In this document: piece by piece, positions 45,911-57,217 of the stretch
Numbering within the stretch: the first letter of the stretch is position 1
Layout of the letters: the number at the start of each line of letters is the position of its first letter
Assembly (NCBI GenBank): GCA_963845755.1
Contig: CAWJTV010000003.1
Coordinates: 163,960 to 227,959, forward strand
DNA: 64,000 nt
Origin: an uncultured Planctomycetota bacterium
Lineage (GTDB): Bacteria > Planctomycetota > Planctomycetia > Isosphaerales > Isosphaeraceae
Direction: 5' to 3'
Position numbers and translations under genes: made by a program
Notes under the pieces: generated by a model
The model's input: only the letters and a program-made list of their open reading frames with translations
The model's database searches: none
What the model was told of the DNA's origin: nothing

Positions 45911-48289
45911 TCGGGTCTCGCGCGGCCAGCCAGTTCTCCCAGATGCCGACATAGGCCGCCTCCAGGTCGCGGGTCAACCGGCCTGCGTCCATCAGCGGCG
46001 AGCGATTCATTCGCTCCCGTAGTCCGGAGCGCAGATCGGCCAGGCGCGCGAGGTCGCCGGCCAGCTCGGTCGCGATCCGCAGGTAGTCTTCGAGCGTCTC
46101 CGCGAGCAGTTCGTCCAGGCCGACGGTCCGCAGGAACCGGACTCCCTGGCGCGAGACGTTCATACGGCCGGCCTGGCTGACCACGGGCACCCCCATCCAT
46201 AGGGCATCACACGTGGTGATCACGCCATTGTAGGGAAACGGATCCAGGGCGATGTCCACGCCGTGGTACAGCTCGAGGTAGGCGAACCGGGTCGCCGTCG
46301 GTCCGGCGAAGCCCAGCCGCTCCGGGGCGATGCCGCAATCCGTGAGGAGGTCACGGATCCGTTCCTCAGCCGAGCGACCGGCCCCGGTGCGGAGCAAGAG
46401 GCGGGAGCCGGGAACAGCCGCCAGCCCACGCGACCAGACGGCCAGGACCTCGTCCGAGACCTTGGCCGGGTTGTTCAAGCAAGCGAAGGTGACCTGGCCG
46501 GACTGCCGGGCCGGCGGCTCGGGGCGGACCTCCGGCGCGGGGCCGGGTGCGTAACAGAACCCGCACTCGGGCAAGCGGATGAGCGACTCCTGGTAGTGCG
46601 CCTCCGACAGGCCCGGGGGGTCGGCATGAGCGTCCGTGATGGTGTAGTCCATGGCCGACAGTCCGGTCGTCCCCAGGTAGCCCAGGTAGGACACCTGGAT
46701 GGGCGCCGGCTTGCGGGCGAACGCCCGTAGCCGGTTCCCGCCCGTATGACCGGCCAGGTCCACCAAGATCGCGATATCGTCCTGGCGGATCCGCTCGGCG
46801 GCCTGCGCGTCGGAGAGCCCGACCAGCGATCGCCAGCAGTCGGCGTAGCCCTGGAGGCGTCGCGTGATCGCATCGGGTCGCGGGACGTCGGCGTAGCAGA
46901 CGATCTCGAAGCGATGACGGTCATGGGCGGCGAGGATCGGCTCCAGGAAGGAAACGACGGGATGCTCCCGGAAGTCGGCTGAGACGTAGCCGATCCGCAG
47001 CCGTCGCCCGGCCGCAGACCGGGCCGGGTGAGGCTCGATCGCTCCGGCCAAGGGTTCCGCGTGCTGACGAGCGTAGCGCCTGGCCTCGGCGAGGATCTTC
47101 CCAGGGTCGGCGCCGGACTGGTATTGCATGGCCAGGAGCAGGTTGCTGTGGACGGGCGCGTCATCTGGCCTCGAGGCCAGGGCCTTACGGTAGTAGGTGA
47201 TGGCTTCGGCCGCGCGCCCCTGATCCATACAGGCATTCGCGAGATTGGAGAGCGCGCCGAAATGGTTGGGATCGGTCCGCACGGCGTGCTCGAAGGAAGC
47301 CAGGGCCTGATCGGGCTCACCCTGGGCGTTGCACGCCAGGCCCAGGTTGTTCTGGGCATCGACCAGGTCCGGCCGGAGTTGAATCGCCTGCTCGAAGCGC
47401 AGCCGCGCCTCCGCCACCCGGCCCTGATTCAAGAGCGCCAGGCCGAGGTTGTTGTGCGCCTCGGCCAGGTCTGGTTGGAGGTACAGCGCCAGTTCGAAAC
47501 TGAGCCGCGCTTCCTCCAATCGGCCCAGGGCCATCAGGGCCAGCCCCATGTTCGAGTACGCCCCGACGCACTCCGGCCAGAGCCGCAGGGCCTGCTCGTA
47601 GCGGGCGACCGCCGCGGCCAGCTCGCCGCGATGCATCAGCAAGGCGGCCAGCTCGGCGAGCGGACCGGGATCCTCGGGCCGCAACCGCGCGGCACGCTCG
47701 TAGCAGGGCACCGCCTCATCGGGCTGGCCGAGGCCCCGCAGCGCGTCGCCCAGGTTGAGCCAGGCCTGGTCCAGGTCGGGCCGGAGCTGCACGGCCAGGC
47801 GATAGCAATCGACGGCCTGGTCGGGCTGGCCCAGCCCCGCCAAGGCGTCCCCCAGGTGGCAGTACGCCACCGGGTCGTCGGGCTCGAGTGCCAGGACGCG
47901 GCGGAAGCAGAGCGCGGCCCCATCGGGATCGCCCTGTCTCATTTGGACGATTCCCTGGTTGTGGTGCGCTTCCGGGTAGTCGGTGCGGAGTCGCGTGGCC
48001 GCGCCAAGGCATCGAGAGCCTCATCGAGCCGGCCCTGCTCCATCAGTGCGACTCCGAGATCGTTGGAGAGCACCCAGTCCGCGGGGCGCAGCTCGAGGGC
48101 GCGACGCAAGCTGGTCGCGGCCTCGTCGGGCTGGCCGAGGGCATAGCAGACACGCCCGAGCCCCGCCCAGAGCTCGGCGTCACGCGGTTGGTCCTGGATG
48201 GCCTGGCGGTAGAGCTGCTCGGCCTGGGCCAGGGCGCCGAAGCGTTGGAAACGGGCGGCGAGAGCAGGAATGTCGGCAGGAGGGATCAT
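45900..48289 (-). CDS. TPR + O-GlcNAc transferase (SPINDLY/GT41-like); frameshift near 48005
   Basis: TPR array, then LRIGYVSADFREHPV, VDLAGHT, NNPAK and DPFPYNGVITTCDALWMGVPVV. Confidence 0.92.
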
Positions 48290-48783
48290 GACGGCGCCCG
48301 GCGCGGGCCTCCCGAGCAAAGCCCCGACCACGGGCCAGCCATCCGGTCCTCCGCCGGCTGGTCCGCCCGTGTGGTTGTCGTCTTCGCATGTTAGAGCGCT
48401 TCACAGCTTCATAGTGTACGACGCACGGGACCGGAACCATCCTGCGATTTCTTCGGGAGTCATGTCATGCAAAGCCGAAGCGAACGCCGCACAGACAGCC
48501 TATTGCCGGCGTCGGCCGTCTCTCCCGCCGCCCGCTATTCCATCCTCCCGAGCCGCGATCGCGAGTCAAGCGGTAAGCGGTGCGACCTCGTCTGCTTCCC
48601 TCTGTCAGACCGAAGTAAGGCCAGTTCCGACCGCTCCGAGCCACCCTTCAAACGGATGCGGGCCGCCTTGAGAAGTACGTCCCGACGACACACAAGCTGC
48701 TCCTCGACTTATCGAAGGATCGCATGTATGATCGGACGTAACAGCTCAGACCATCACGCTGATCGTCCGGGGAGGTCACCGAG

Positions 48784-51440
48784 ATGCAGGAGATCCTCGT
48801 CGATCGAGTCCAGGTGTACGAGGGCTGGTACCACAGCCACTGGGAGATCGGTGCGATGTGGGTCGTGACGGACTACCGGGGCGAGGAGGCTGTCACCGAG
48901 ACCTGGAGCACCGGCTTCCCTTCCGACTTCCAGTTCCCGACGACCGAGGGGTTTGATCGGGAAGCGCCAAGCTATTTCGATATGACGTTCCGGGCCATCG
49001 TGGGCGAACGGGCCGCGCCCTTCAGGGGATTCGGCCACATGGGAATGAACTGCCGCGAGGCGGTCATCACGGAGGTCCTTCGATGCGGCCCGGTCATCAA
49101 CTCATTCTACGGGCGGCATGACCCGCCTTATGTCGGGCCGGCCGTGGCGCTCTCGAATCGACTCTGGCAAGCGGAGTTATCCTCTCGATCAGACGACTTT
49201 CGGGCACTCGTCGGGGGGTAGACGAACTGATCCGGAGGGTCGAGGCCGAGGCCGCCCCTTATGCGATCTCCCGTCCCCTCAAGAGGCTCCTTGGCCGGCT
49301 CGGCGAGGGCTCGGTCGCGGGGCCGCCAGGCGTCCCGGAGTTCGATCGACTCCGGTCACAGGCCCTGGTCGTCCTGCGCTGGCTCGCTCGGTCGAGCACC
49401 GATCTGCCGGCTTTCGCCGCCGCGGTCGAGTCGTATTTTGCAGTGCCGGGTTACGGCGACGAGGCACTCGGATGGATCCGATCGGCCATCGACGGTGCGA
49501 CGCCGTCGCTCATCGAGGCGTTGCATCATCCGGACGCCCAGATGCGCCGGCGCTGTGCCGAGGCGCTGGGCTCGGGCCATCCGGGGAACGGCACGGCTGC
49601 CCGGGCGCTCGCCGCCGTGCTCGAGGATGGCGACCCCGCTGTCCGTGAGGCCGGCGCCGGATCCCTGGGTCGGATCGGTCCGGCAGCGGACCTGGCCACA
49701 CCCGCGCTGATCGAGGCGTGCGGGGATGTGGAGTCGGCGGTCCGCAGGGCGAGCCTGTGGGCCTTATGGCAAATCCTGCCGGCACCCGAGCGTGCGGTCA
49801 CGCCTCTGATCCGGGTGCTGGAACGCACCGCACGGAATCATCCGCAGGAGAAGTCGAAGCCGTCCGATCAGGACGACCTCCTGGACCGGTGCGCCAATCC
49901 GGAACGACTGGCGACCCTCATGGAAGAATGGGTGAGTAGCCGGACCGAGGACACCGAGCGGGAAGCCAAGAGGCAACTCGCCGAGAACGATTTACGTGAG
50001 GCCGCCGTGTCGCTGCTCGGCTGGTACGGACCGAAGGCGCGGGCAGCCGTCCCGTTGCTCCTCCATGCACTCCATGAGAACGCTTACGGCGTTCGCAAGG
50101 TCGCGGACTCCCTCGCGAGGATCGACCCTGATGCGCTGGTCGCCGCCCTTATCGAGGCCCTGAGAAGCAACGATGCGACCTGGCGAATGCATGTCGCCGG
50201 AGCCCTGGGGCAGCTCGGGTCGGCGGCCAAAGCGGCAATCCCGGCCCTCATCGACGCCCTCGAGCACGAGATGCCGGGGGCTCGGATGTCCGCGGCGCAG
50301 GCCCTCACGAAGATCGACCTCGACGCCAGCCTCTCGGCGCTCGTGGCGTTGCTGAGGTCCCCGGACGTGCCCACCCGGCGACGCGGCGCGCGGGCCCTCG
50401 CCGACATCGGACCGGAGGCCGAGGCGGTGAGGCCCGCCCTCGTTGAGGCGCTGGGTGACGAGGACGCGGAGGTCTTCATGTACGCCGCGTACGCCCTGGC
50501 GGCCATCGGCCCTGGGGTCGCCGCCGTCCCCGGACTGATCCGGGCCCTCGAAGGCCACCGAGGCTGGGCGCGAGACGCGGCCGCGCGTGCCCTGGGCCAG
50601 TTGGGTATCGAGGCGGTTGCCGCCGTGCCCGCGCTCGTCCGCGTGCTCGTAGCGGAGGACCCGGAGGACCGGGTGAGCGCCCTGCGGGCCCTCGGCAAGA
50701 TCGGCCCCGGGGCCGAGGCCGCCGTCCCTGCTGTCGTCGAGGCGCTCGGTGACGAGGACGCCGAGGTTCGCGAGGCCGCGGCGGATGCCCTGGCGGGGAT
50801 CGGGCCGGAGGCCGTCACGGCCGTCCCCGCGCTCATCCCCATGCTCGGAGACACAGGCCAGTTCGTCCGGAGCCGCATCGTGCAAGCCCTGGGGGCCATC
50901 GGCCCTGGAGCCGAGGCCGCCGTCCCCGCGTTGGTCGAGGCCCTCGGGGACAAAGGCTCGGCAGACCGGGGCTACATTGCCCGAGCCCTGGGCCAGATCG
51001 GACCCAGGGCGGCGTCCGCGGTCCCGGCCCTCATCGAGGCGCTCCAGGACGATGATTGGTACCTTCGCGTGCACAGCACCGAGGCCCTCGGCAAGATCGG
51101 CCCGGCGGCTGTGGCGGCCGTCCCGCGCATCGCCGAGGTGCTGAAGAGTCGTGGGGAGGACGAACGGAACACCAGTGTAAGGGCCCTGGCGGCGATTGGC
51201 CCGGCGGCCTCCGAGGCCGTCCCCGCCTTGATCGAGGCGCTCGGGAATTGGGACCCGCAGACCCGACGATTCGCGGCGTTGGCGATCGGCCAGGTCGCCG
51301 TGGGCGACCACTCCGCCATTCGAGCACTGATCGGCGCCTTGGGGGATCCGAACGAGGAGGTGAAATCGGCCGCCGAGGAGGCCCTCGCGAGCCTGCGGGG
51401 GCCGCGGAGTGATGGACCAGCCGAGGCTCGCGGGACGTGA
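48784..51440 (+). CDS. HEAT-repeat (PBS lyase-like) protein with an N-terminal domain; probable frameshift in G6 at 49213-49218
   Basis: About 15 repeats of ALGxIGPxAxxAVPALxEAL; the HEAT frame is open back to the G run where ORF 48784-49221 ends. Confidence 0.8.
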
Positions 51441-51468
51441 CGGAAGCGCCTCCGCGTCGGATCCCTCG

Positions 51469-52590
51469 CTAAGGGAGAGGTTGGCCGCCGAGCAAGCCTG
51501 GCGGGCATATCGCTAAACTAAGGCGGACCAACTCGTCGCCGTCGAAATAGCCGTCATGATCTCGGTCGAAAGTTCGAGCGAGGGGCAGGTCGACCTCCCG
51601 AAAGTAACAGCCGTAAGGTGCAAGTTCCCCCAGGTCGATCTTGCCGTCTCCATTGGCGTCGTAGCTCGCGATGAAGTCCTTTATACCTTTGGCGACGATC
51701 GCGCTGAGAGTCTTGTTTTCCCGCTGCTTCTGGAGCGATTCGTCAAAGCGATTCTGGTATTCCTGGAACTCGTGATTCGCGGGGAAGAGCGAACTGATCT
51801 CAAGAGCTCTGTCACCCTTCCCAGTCTCCTCTTGGAGGCGAAAACGCCGGACCTGTTTGAAATTATGGAAATGATAGATATAAATATCTTGATGTTTAAG
51901 ATCAAAGACAACGGAATACTGGGTTCCAGTCTCGCGGTCGCGGCGAGGACATCGCGGCTCGACTCGATGGTCGGCTTCTCGTCGGCAGCCAGCATTCGAA
52001 TCGCGGTGTTGTACCGCACGCAAGTAGCCGGGCCTGATCCATTCTCCGCGACCCGGAAATTTGTCAGCGCAAGAACGTCACGCTGTTTGGGAAGAACAAC
52101 GTCGTCCCCCTCGTAGACCGCTGCATCTCCCGTCTGGTCACATAGCAGTAAGCTCGCCACGCTTGTGAACATGCGATCGGGCCCGTTGCAATCTCTGAGC
52201 ATGCGGAGCGCTTCCCGGACGCTTCCGCATTCTTTCAGCACGCGATCCAGGAGATTGAGGCTGACCAGATCCAGAGTGCTCTTGCCCGGGCCTGCCGATG
52301 GGCGTCGGGCGAGGGTATTCTGGGCCGTGGCATCGATGAAGAGTCCTGCGTCGTTCATGCCTCCCTGGACACCGCCGAAGCGGAACCCGAAGACCACTCG
52401 ACCATGTGCCGCCTGGGGCCGCGGGGACGAATCGAAGCCGGGAGTGGCTGTCAATCCAGTCCTCGTTGTTGCCCACGAGAACTTGCCCTCCACGGCATGT
52501 CATGAAGATCGTGCAGGCCCTTCCGGAACCCGTGCACGAAAAGAATAAGCTGAAGAAGATCATCAAGGTTCCAAGGGTACCGTACGGCAT
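51469..52590 (-). CDS. Secreted Ntn-hydrolase (C45/choloylglycine hydrolase-like) with C-terminal EF-hands (frameshifts near 52410 and 51935)
   Basis: Signal peptide then CTIF..GNNEDW, GGMNDAGL, LTNF, TQYSVVFDL; DANGDGKIDLGE and DRDHDGYFDGDE. Confidence 0.78.
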
Positions 52591-52772
52591 ATTCCATCCC
52601 TTCGAATGTTTGACTTGATTACCAAAGCATCCTCTTGAGGATTCGTTCGGGACGGTGACTTATTCCCGGGAAAGGGGAAATGGGACGTCACCGATGCGGG
52701 GAGTCGGGGGCAGCCCTGGTTCTTTGTGTTATCTGAGCGACGACGGGGTCATCGCAAAATCTGTCCAAAATC

Positions 52773-52827
52773 GAAGGGGCGGAGAGGGTTAGAAGGGGCG
52801 GAGAGGGTCAGGGGGCGGAGAGGGTCA
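52773..52827. repeat. Short tandem repeat (3 x 17-19 bp)
   Basis: GAAGGGGCGGAGAGGGTYA twice plus GGGGGCGGAGAGGGTCA, abutting the IS target. Confidence 0.85.
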
Positions 52828-52831
52828 GACC

Positions 52832-54436
52832 CGAATGGCACGTCCTGAAGCCCTAACCTGCATTGAGCAAAGCAGTTTTGGCTTGCTTCCGGGGCACGGT
52901 CAACAACGGGTACGGCTTGGGCCGGCGTTTGCGGGCTCGCGGTTCCACTCGATCGGGGCGATAGCCCTCCTCGTCGTCGGCGATCGAATTCAGGACGACG
53001 CGCCAGAGCCACGGCCGAGCCGGCGCCGACGCTTCCCGCAGGGCTGGTCCGAACTCCTGCACCGTCTGCAACGCCCCCTTGAAACTCAGCCGGCGCGGCT
53101 CGCGCCGGTGGGCCAATGACGCTCTCGCCATCAACGCCCGGATCACATTGTATCCCAACAGCGCCATCCAAATCTCCTTGCGCACCATCTCCGGCGTCTT
53201 GCTCCCCAGCATGTCGATCCCCAGCACCACCTTCAGCGACCGCAGATCCAACTCCACGTGCCACCGCTTGCGATACAATATCCCAACATCTTTTTTGGTG
53301 TAGATCTCCGCATTCAAGAGCGTCGTGACCACCTCCAGCACCCGCGTGCGGAAGCCACGCTGCTCGACGTGAATCCGGATGATCCGCACCTCCACCGTCG
53401 CGGCGACGCTCTCATAGGTCGCTTCGTCCATCCACTCCGGACGCGCCGGCCGGTCCCATCTGACGATCTGATCGCCCTGGCCCAACCGCCGACCCCGGCG
53501 AAAGTCGCTCTTCCGCCGTTGATGGAGCCGGAACACGCTATCCACTCCACGCTGCTGCAACAGTACGATATCAAAATACGATCCATAATAACGGTCACCC
53601 AGGACCACATCTCCCGGCTCCAACTCGTCCCGGAGGCCGCGAAACAAGGCATTTTCCCCGGTCTGCTTCCCCTGGTACTTGCCGATGGCCGCCTCCAGCA
53701 CCGACCCGGTGGCCAGGCAGAAGATCACCACGAACCGGGCGATCGGAAAGCCCAACCCGGGCTTCTGGGACGAGAGCTGGGGATACGCCTTCTGGTTGGC
53801 CAGGGTATCGGCCATGATCGCCGTGCTGCCGTCGACCATCTTGACCCGGCGGCGGCACCACAGCCAGACCTCGGCCGCCCCTTGAGAGGTCTGGGCACCA
53901 AGTTGTCGCATCAAGCGATGAAGGGCCGATTCCGGCAGCCGGGCCCGAGCCTTGCAGTAGGGACCGGTGTCGGCGGCGTCGAGCTTCTGACCGTGCGCGG
54001 CCATCCAGGCGGACAGCCGCTTCAGCGCCGCCCGGCACGAGCGATCGGCGCTGAGCCGCTGCCAGAAGAAGGCCCAGAAGGTCACATAGGGGGTGTAAAG
54101 CTTCGCCCTCCAGCGCCCCCCTTCCTCCTTGAGCACCTGCTCGACGGTGGCCTTGGGGAGGATCTCCTCGACGCCCAGTTCCGGTGGGACGGTCCCGGGG
54201 TTGCGGAGGCGATGGAATGGGGCGCGGAACCGCGGTGTGGTAGACTGGGCCATGAGAGACCTCCTTGCGAGTGATGGTGTGGATGACACCCCCATCATCC
54301 GACAAGTGAGGTCTCGTTTCACCGCCAGAGAGACGGCCGGCGAGGCCGCCGGGGCCGGCGATCTCTAAGGAATTCATGGATGCGCTCCGGAATCGCCGTG
54401 TTGCAAGGAGGTTACGCCTTCAGGACGTGCCATTCG
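52832..54436 (-). mobile_element. IS4-family insertion sequence
   Basis: Perfect 19-bp TIRs CGAATGGCACGTCCTGAAG; 9-bp TSD GGTCAGACC (52823-52831 / 54437-54445). Confidence 0.92.
52853..54253 (-). CDS. IS4-family transposase
   Basis: MVDGST, LGDRYY and YRKRWHVELDLRSLK motifs; GGAGG RBS upstream of ATG 54253. Confidence 0.93.
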   Translation of the reverse strand: MAQSTTPRFRAPFHRLRNPGTVPPELGVEEILPKATVEQVLKEEGGRWRAKLYTPYVTFWAFFWQRLSADRSCRAALKRLSAWMAAHGQKLDAADTGPYCKARARLPESALHRLMRQLGAQTSQGAAEVWLWCRRRVKMVDGSTAIMADTLANQKAYPQLSSQKPGLGFPIARFVVIFCLATGSVLEAAIGKYQGKQTGENALFRGLRDELEPGDVVLGDRYYGSYFDIVLLQQRGVDSVFRLHQRRKSDFRRGRRLGQGDQIVRWDRPARPEWMDEATYESVAATVEVRIIRIHVEQRGFRTRVLEVVTTLLNAEIYTKKDVGILYRKRWHVELDLRSLKVVLGIDMLGSKTPEMVRKEIWMALLGYNVIRALMARASLAHRREPRRLSFKGALQTVQEFGPALREASAPARPWLWRVVLNSIADDEEGYRPDRVEPRARKRRPKPYPLLTVPRKQAKTALLNAG

Positions 54437-54532
54437 GGTCAGACCCCTTTCCTTGCAGCCAGACCCCTTTCCTTCAGCACGCTAAGCGATCGTGCTTCAC
54501 CGGAATGTCCAACAATTGGTGAACGCCCCCGC

Positions 54533-57212
54533 TCAGGTCGTAATCTCCGTCTGAACGGTCACGTCCTGCGAGATGGGTGTATAGATGTCCGTTTCGGGCG
54601 TCTCGATCGTCACGATGAGGCTGTATCGAGCCTTCCGGTCATGGCGCCCCAGGTGACGCCGCTCCTTCCACCAGCCGGTGACCGGATAGACCGCGATCAG
54701 GTTACAGCGTGCGAGGTCGATGGCCTGGCCCTCCCACCAATCCGAATGGAGGGAACCGTGCGTCCTGCCGTTGCTACCGATCACCCATTCGCGGGTCTCT
54801 TCGACGCTCTGCGGCCGGGCGTTGGGGTCATCCCACTCGGTTTTGGATATCCGCCCCGGGAACTCACTCACCGGTTCAAGCGGGCGGATGACGTCGAATC
54901 GGAGGCCGTGCGAGGCGTAGCGGTGGTTCTCTCCCCAGCCCACGTTGTTCGGGCTCGGCTCGATGAAATACGAGAGCGTCACGCGCATGCTCACCGAGGT
55001 CTCGCCGAGCTCTTCGAGAACTTCCTTCGGCCAGGGTAGCTCGTGCAGATGCATCTCGTACGTCTTGCACCCGGACGTCGTCCGGCAGAACGGCTGGATA
55101 TCGCCCTCATAGATCAACGTGGCTGCGTTCTCGGCGCTGCTCAAGGCTTTGTCGAGGTTCGGGACGCCATACCCGTAGCATCGCAGGCAGTCCTGTGCCA
55201 CGCTCTTCTGTTCGCCCGAATACCGCCTCCGCATCGCTGGCGTCCAGCTCGCCGAGTGGACCATGAGCCCGCGGACGGTCTCCGGGCGGAGCCGGGGGTA
55301 ACGGCTCCAGACCGTCGCCGCGAAGCGGGCCGCCAGCGCGGTGGCGGGGCTTGTATCCCGCGTCACCTCGAGGAGCCGACCCGAGGGGTGGAGGATGGTG
55401 GTCATCAGCGACAGGTCGTCGAGGTTCGATCGTTCGCCGCCCCGCTCTGCGTAGTTGCCGCCCTCCATCACGATGTCGGGCTTGATCGGCCAGCCCTTGC
55501 GGTTCTTATCGGGCCACGGGAGGGAGGTGCGGCTGGTCGGAGCGAGATCGCCGCTCTGGGCGATCGGCTGCCAGCCGTGAAAGCTCCGATCTTCGATGAA
55601 GACCTTCTCTGTGTAGGCCCCGACGGTGAGCGCGTTCCACGCCTGACCGGGATCCTCGACTCCGGCCCGCGTCGTATTCCAGATGTGGTACGTGTATTCG
55701 GCGGAGTAGAAATGCTCGGGCAGTACGTTGCCGGTGGAAACGAACATGAGTTTAGGAATTTCGTCGAGTACGCCTGCGCACATGTCGTCAACTGCGGCCG
55801 ACCAGGTGGTCGGCATCCCCATCTCCCGATCGTCGGTGGTCACCGCCATGCAGATGACGCGGTTCCGGCGGGGCGACTGGATCTGCGCGAGTGACACGGC
55901 GTCCTGCATCACCCGGCCGTAGACCGGGGGTTCGTTATGCCGCGGCGGCGGCGGGAGGATTTTCACCGATTCGAGGCGATGGCGCAGGACCACCGGCCCC
56001 GTGGCGGTCATCAGGCCCGTGAGGCAGCCGTAGAGGGCGATCCCGGCCATCCCCGTTCCGTGCTGCTCGCTGTCGTGGTCCGAGGTCCCCCAATCCGCCT
56101 CGACGGCCTGGACATCCTCGACGGCAAGGGCAGGCGTGAGCAGCGGGTGCGGCTGATTGACCCCGGCGTCGAGAATGCAAACGCTCGGCGCGTTCCTCCC
56201 CGGCGGGACGATGAGCCGGGCCGCGTCGTCAACGAAATCCCGCTGGTCACGAGCGGACATCGTCATGTAGGGGGTCGCGAGCTCCTTCGCCTTCCTGAGT
56301 TCGGCGATCATCGAGAGGAGATGGATCGACGATGAGAGCTGGCGGGCCGAAGCATAGGCATGAAGAACCAGCCGCTCGGGAAAGGAGACGTACCGGTCGC
56401 TCACGCGATTGATGCCGATTGCGCCCGCAAGGTCGGTGAAACGGTGAAAAACCTCGTTCGCATCCTGCCTGCTGCCGCGCAGCCAGACCTCCCACCAGAG
56501 CTCTTCGTCCAAGCGGGGGATAGGGCAGCGTGTCCTGCCAGAAGTCTTCGGTGATGGCGAGGCGGATCGTCGTGACGCTATCGATCAGCCTCTGATTCCT
56601 GCGGCTCGACAACACCAGCGTTCCCAGATTGCCGACGAGGCCGTTGAATCTCGGCACCGATGCCTCGGGAACCACGAATCTGAGCTTGCGCTTTCCGTCC
56701 TTCGTCTTGTAGACGGGCCCCCAGAACCGGAAGTTCTCGGTCTCGTCGTGCAGCGCCTTGAGCTTGTCCTCATTCGCGGGCTCGGCGATATAGGTCAGCA
56801 CAATGCTCGACGCGTAGGCGTTGACGATGCGGAGGAAGGTGGCCAGCTTCTTTTCCGGCACGAAAACCCGGGCCGATTGCGTTCCGCCTCGTTCCGTCAT
56901 GCCGAGGAGGTGGATTCCGCCGTGCCGTTCCAGGCCTTCGAGGCTGAGCGGATCGTTCGGCTCGCTCTCGAACGTGAGAACGAGACCTTCCGGCTTCCAC
57001 TCGACCAGTTCCGGGTGCGCTGCCTCGTCCTCACCCAACCGCCGCTTGGCCTCGGCCCCGGCCGATTCGAGCGCGGCCCTGACATCCCTTGCGTGGACCG
57101 GCTGATTTCTGGCGGGCAGGTCGAACGTGACACCCTGAGGGGCTGGGCCGGCATAGGTATAGGGGGACGATTTCGGCTCGCCCTCCAGCCGGAGGTGAGG
57201 CAGATCGCTCAT
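54533..57212 (-). CDS. ietS: S8 subtilase of an AAA-ATPase/protease (ietAS-like) system; frameshift near 56518
   Basis: ILDAG (D), QHGTGMAG (H), KPDIVMEGGN, DTSPATALAA (S), VTLSYFIEP and RYSLIVTI; WWEVWL in the N-terminal part. Confidence 0.85.
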
Positions 57213-57217
57213 TTCCG

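Noticed and set aside
55335..55365. DTS instead of GTS at the subtilase catalytic Ser
   Set aside because: The triad is intact, and without an alignment this is not evidence of inactivation.
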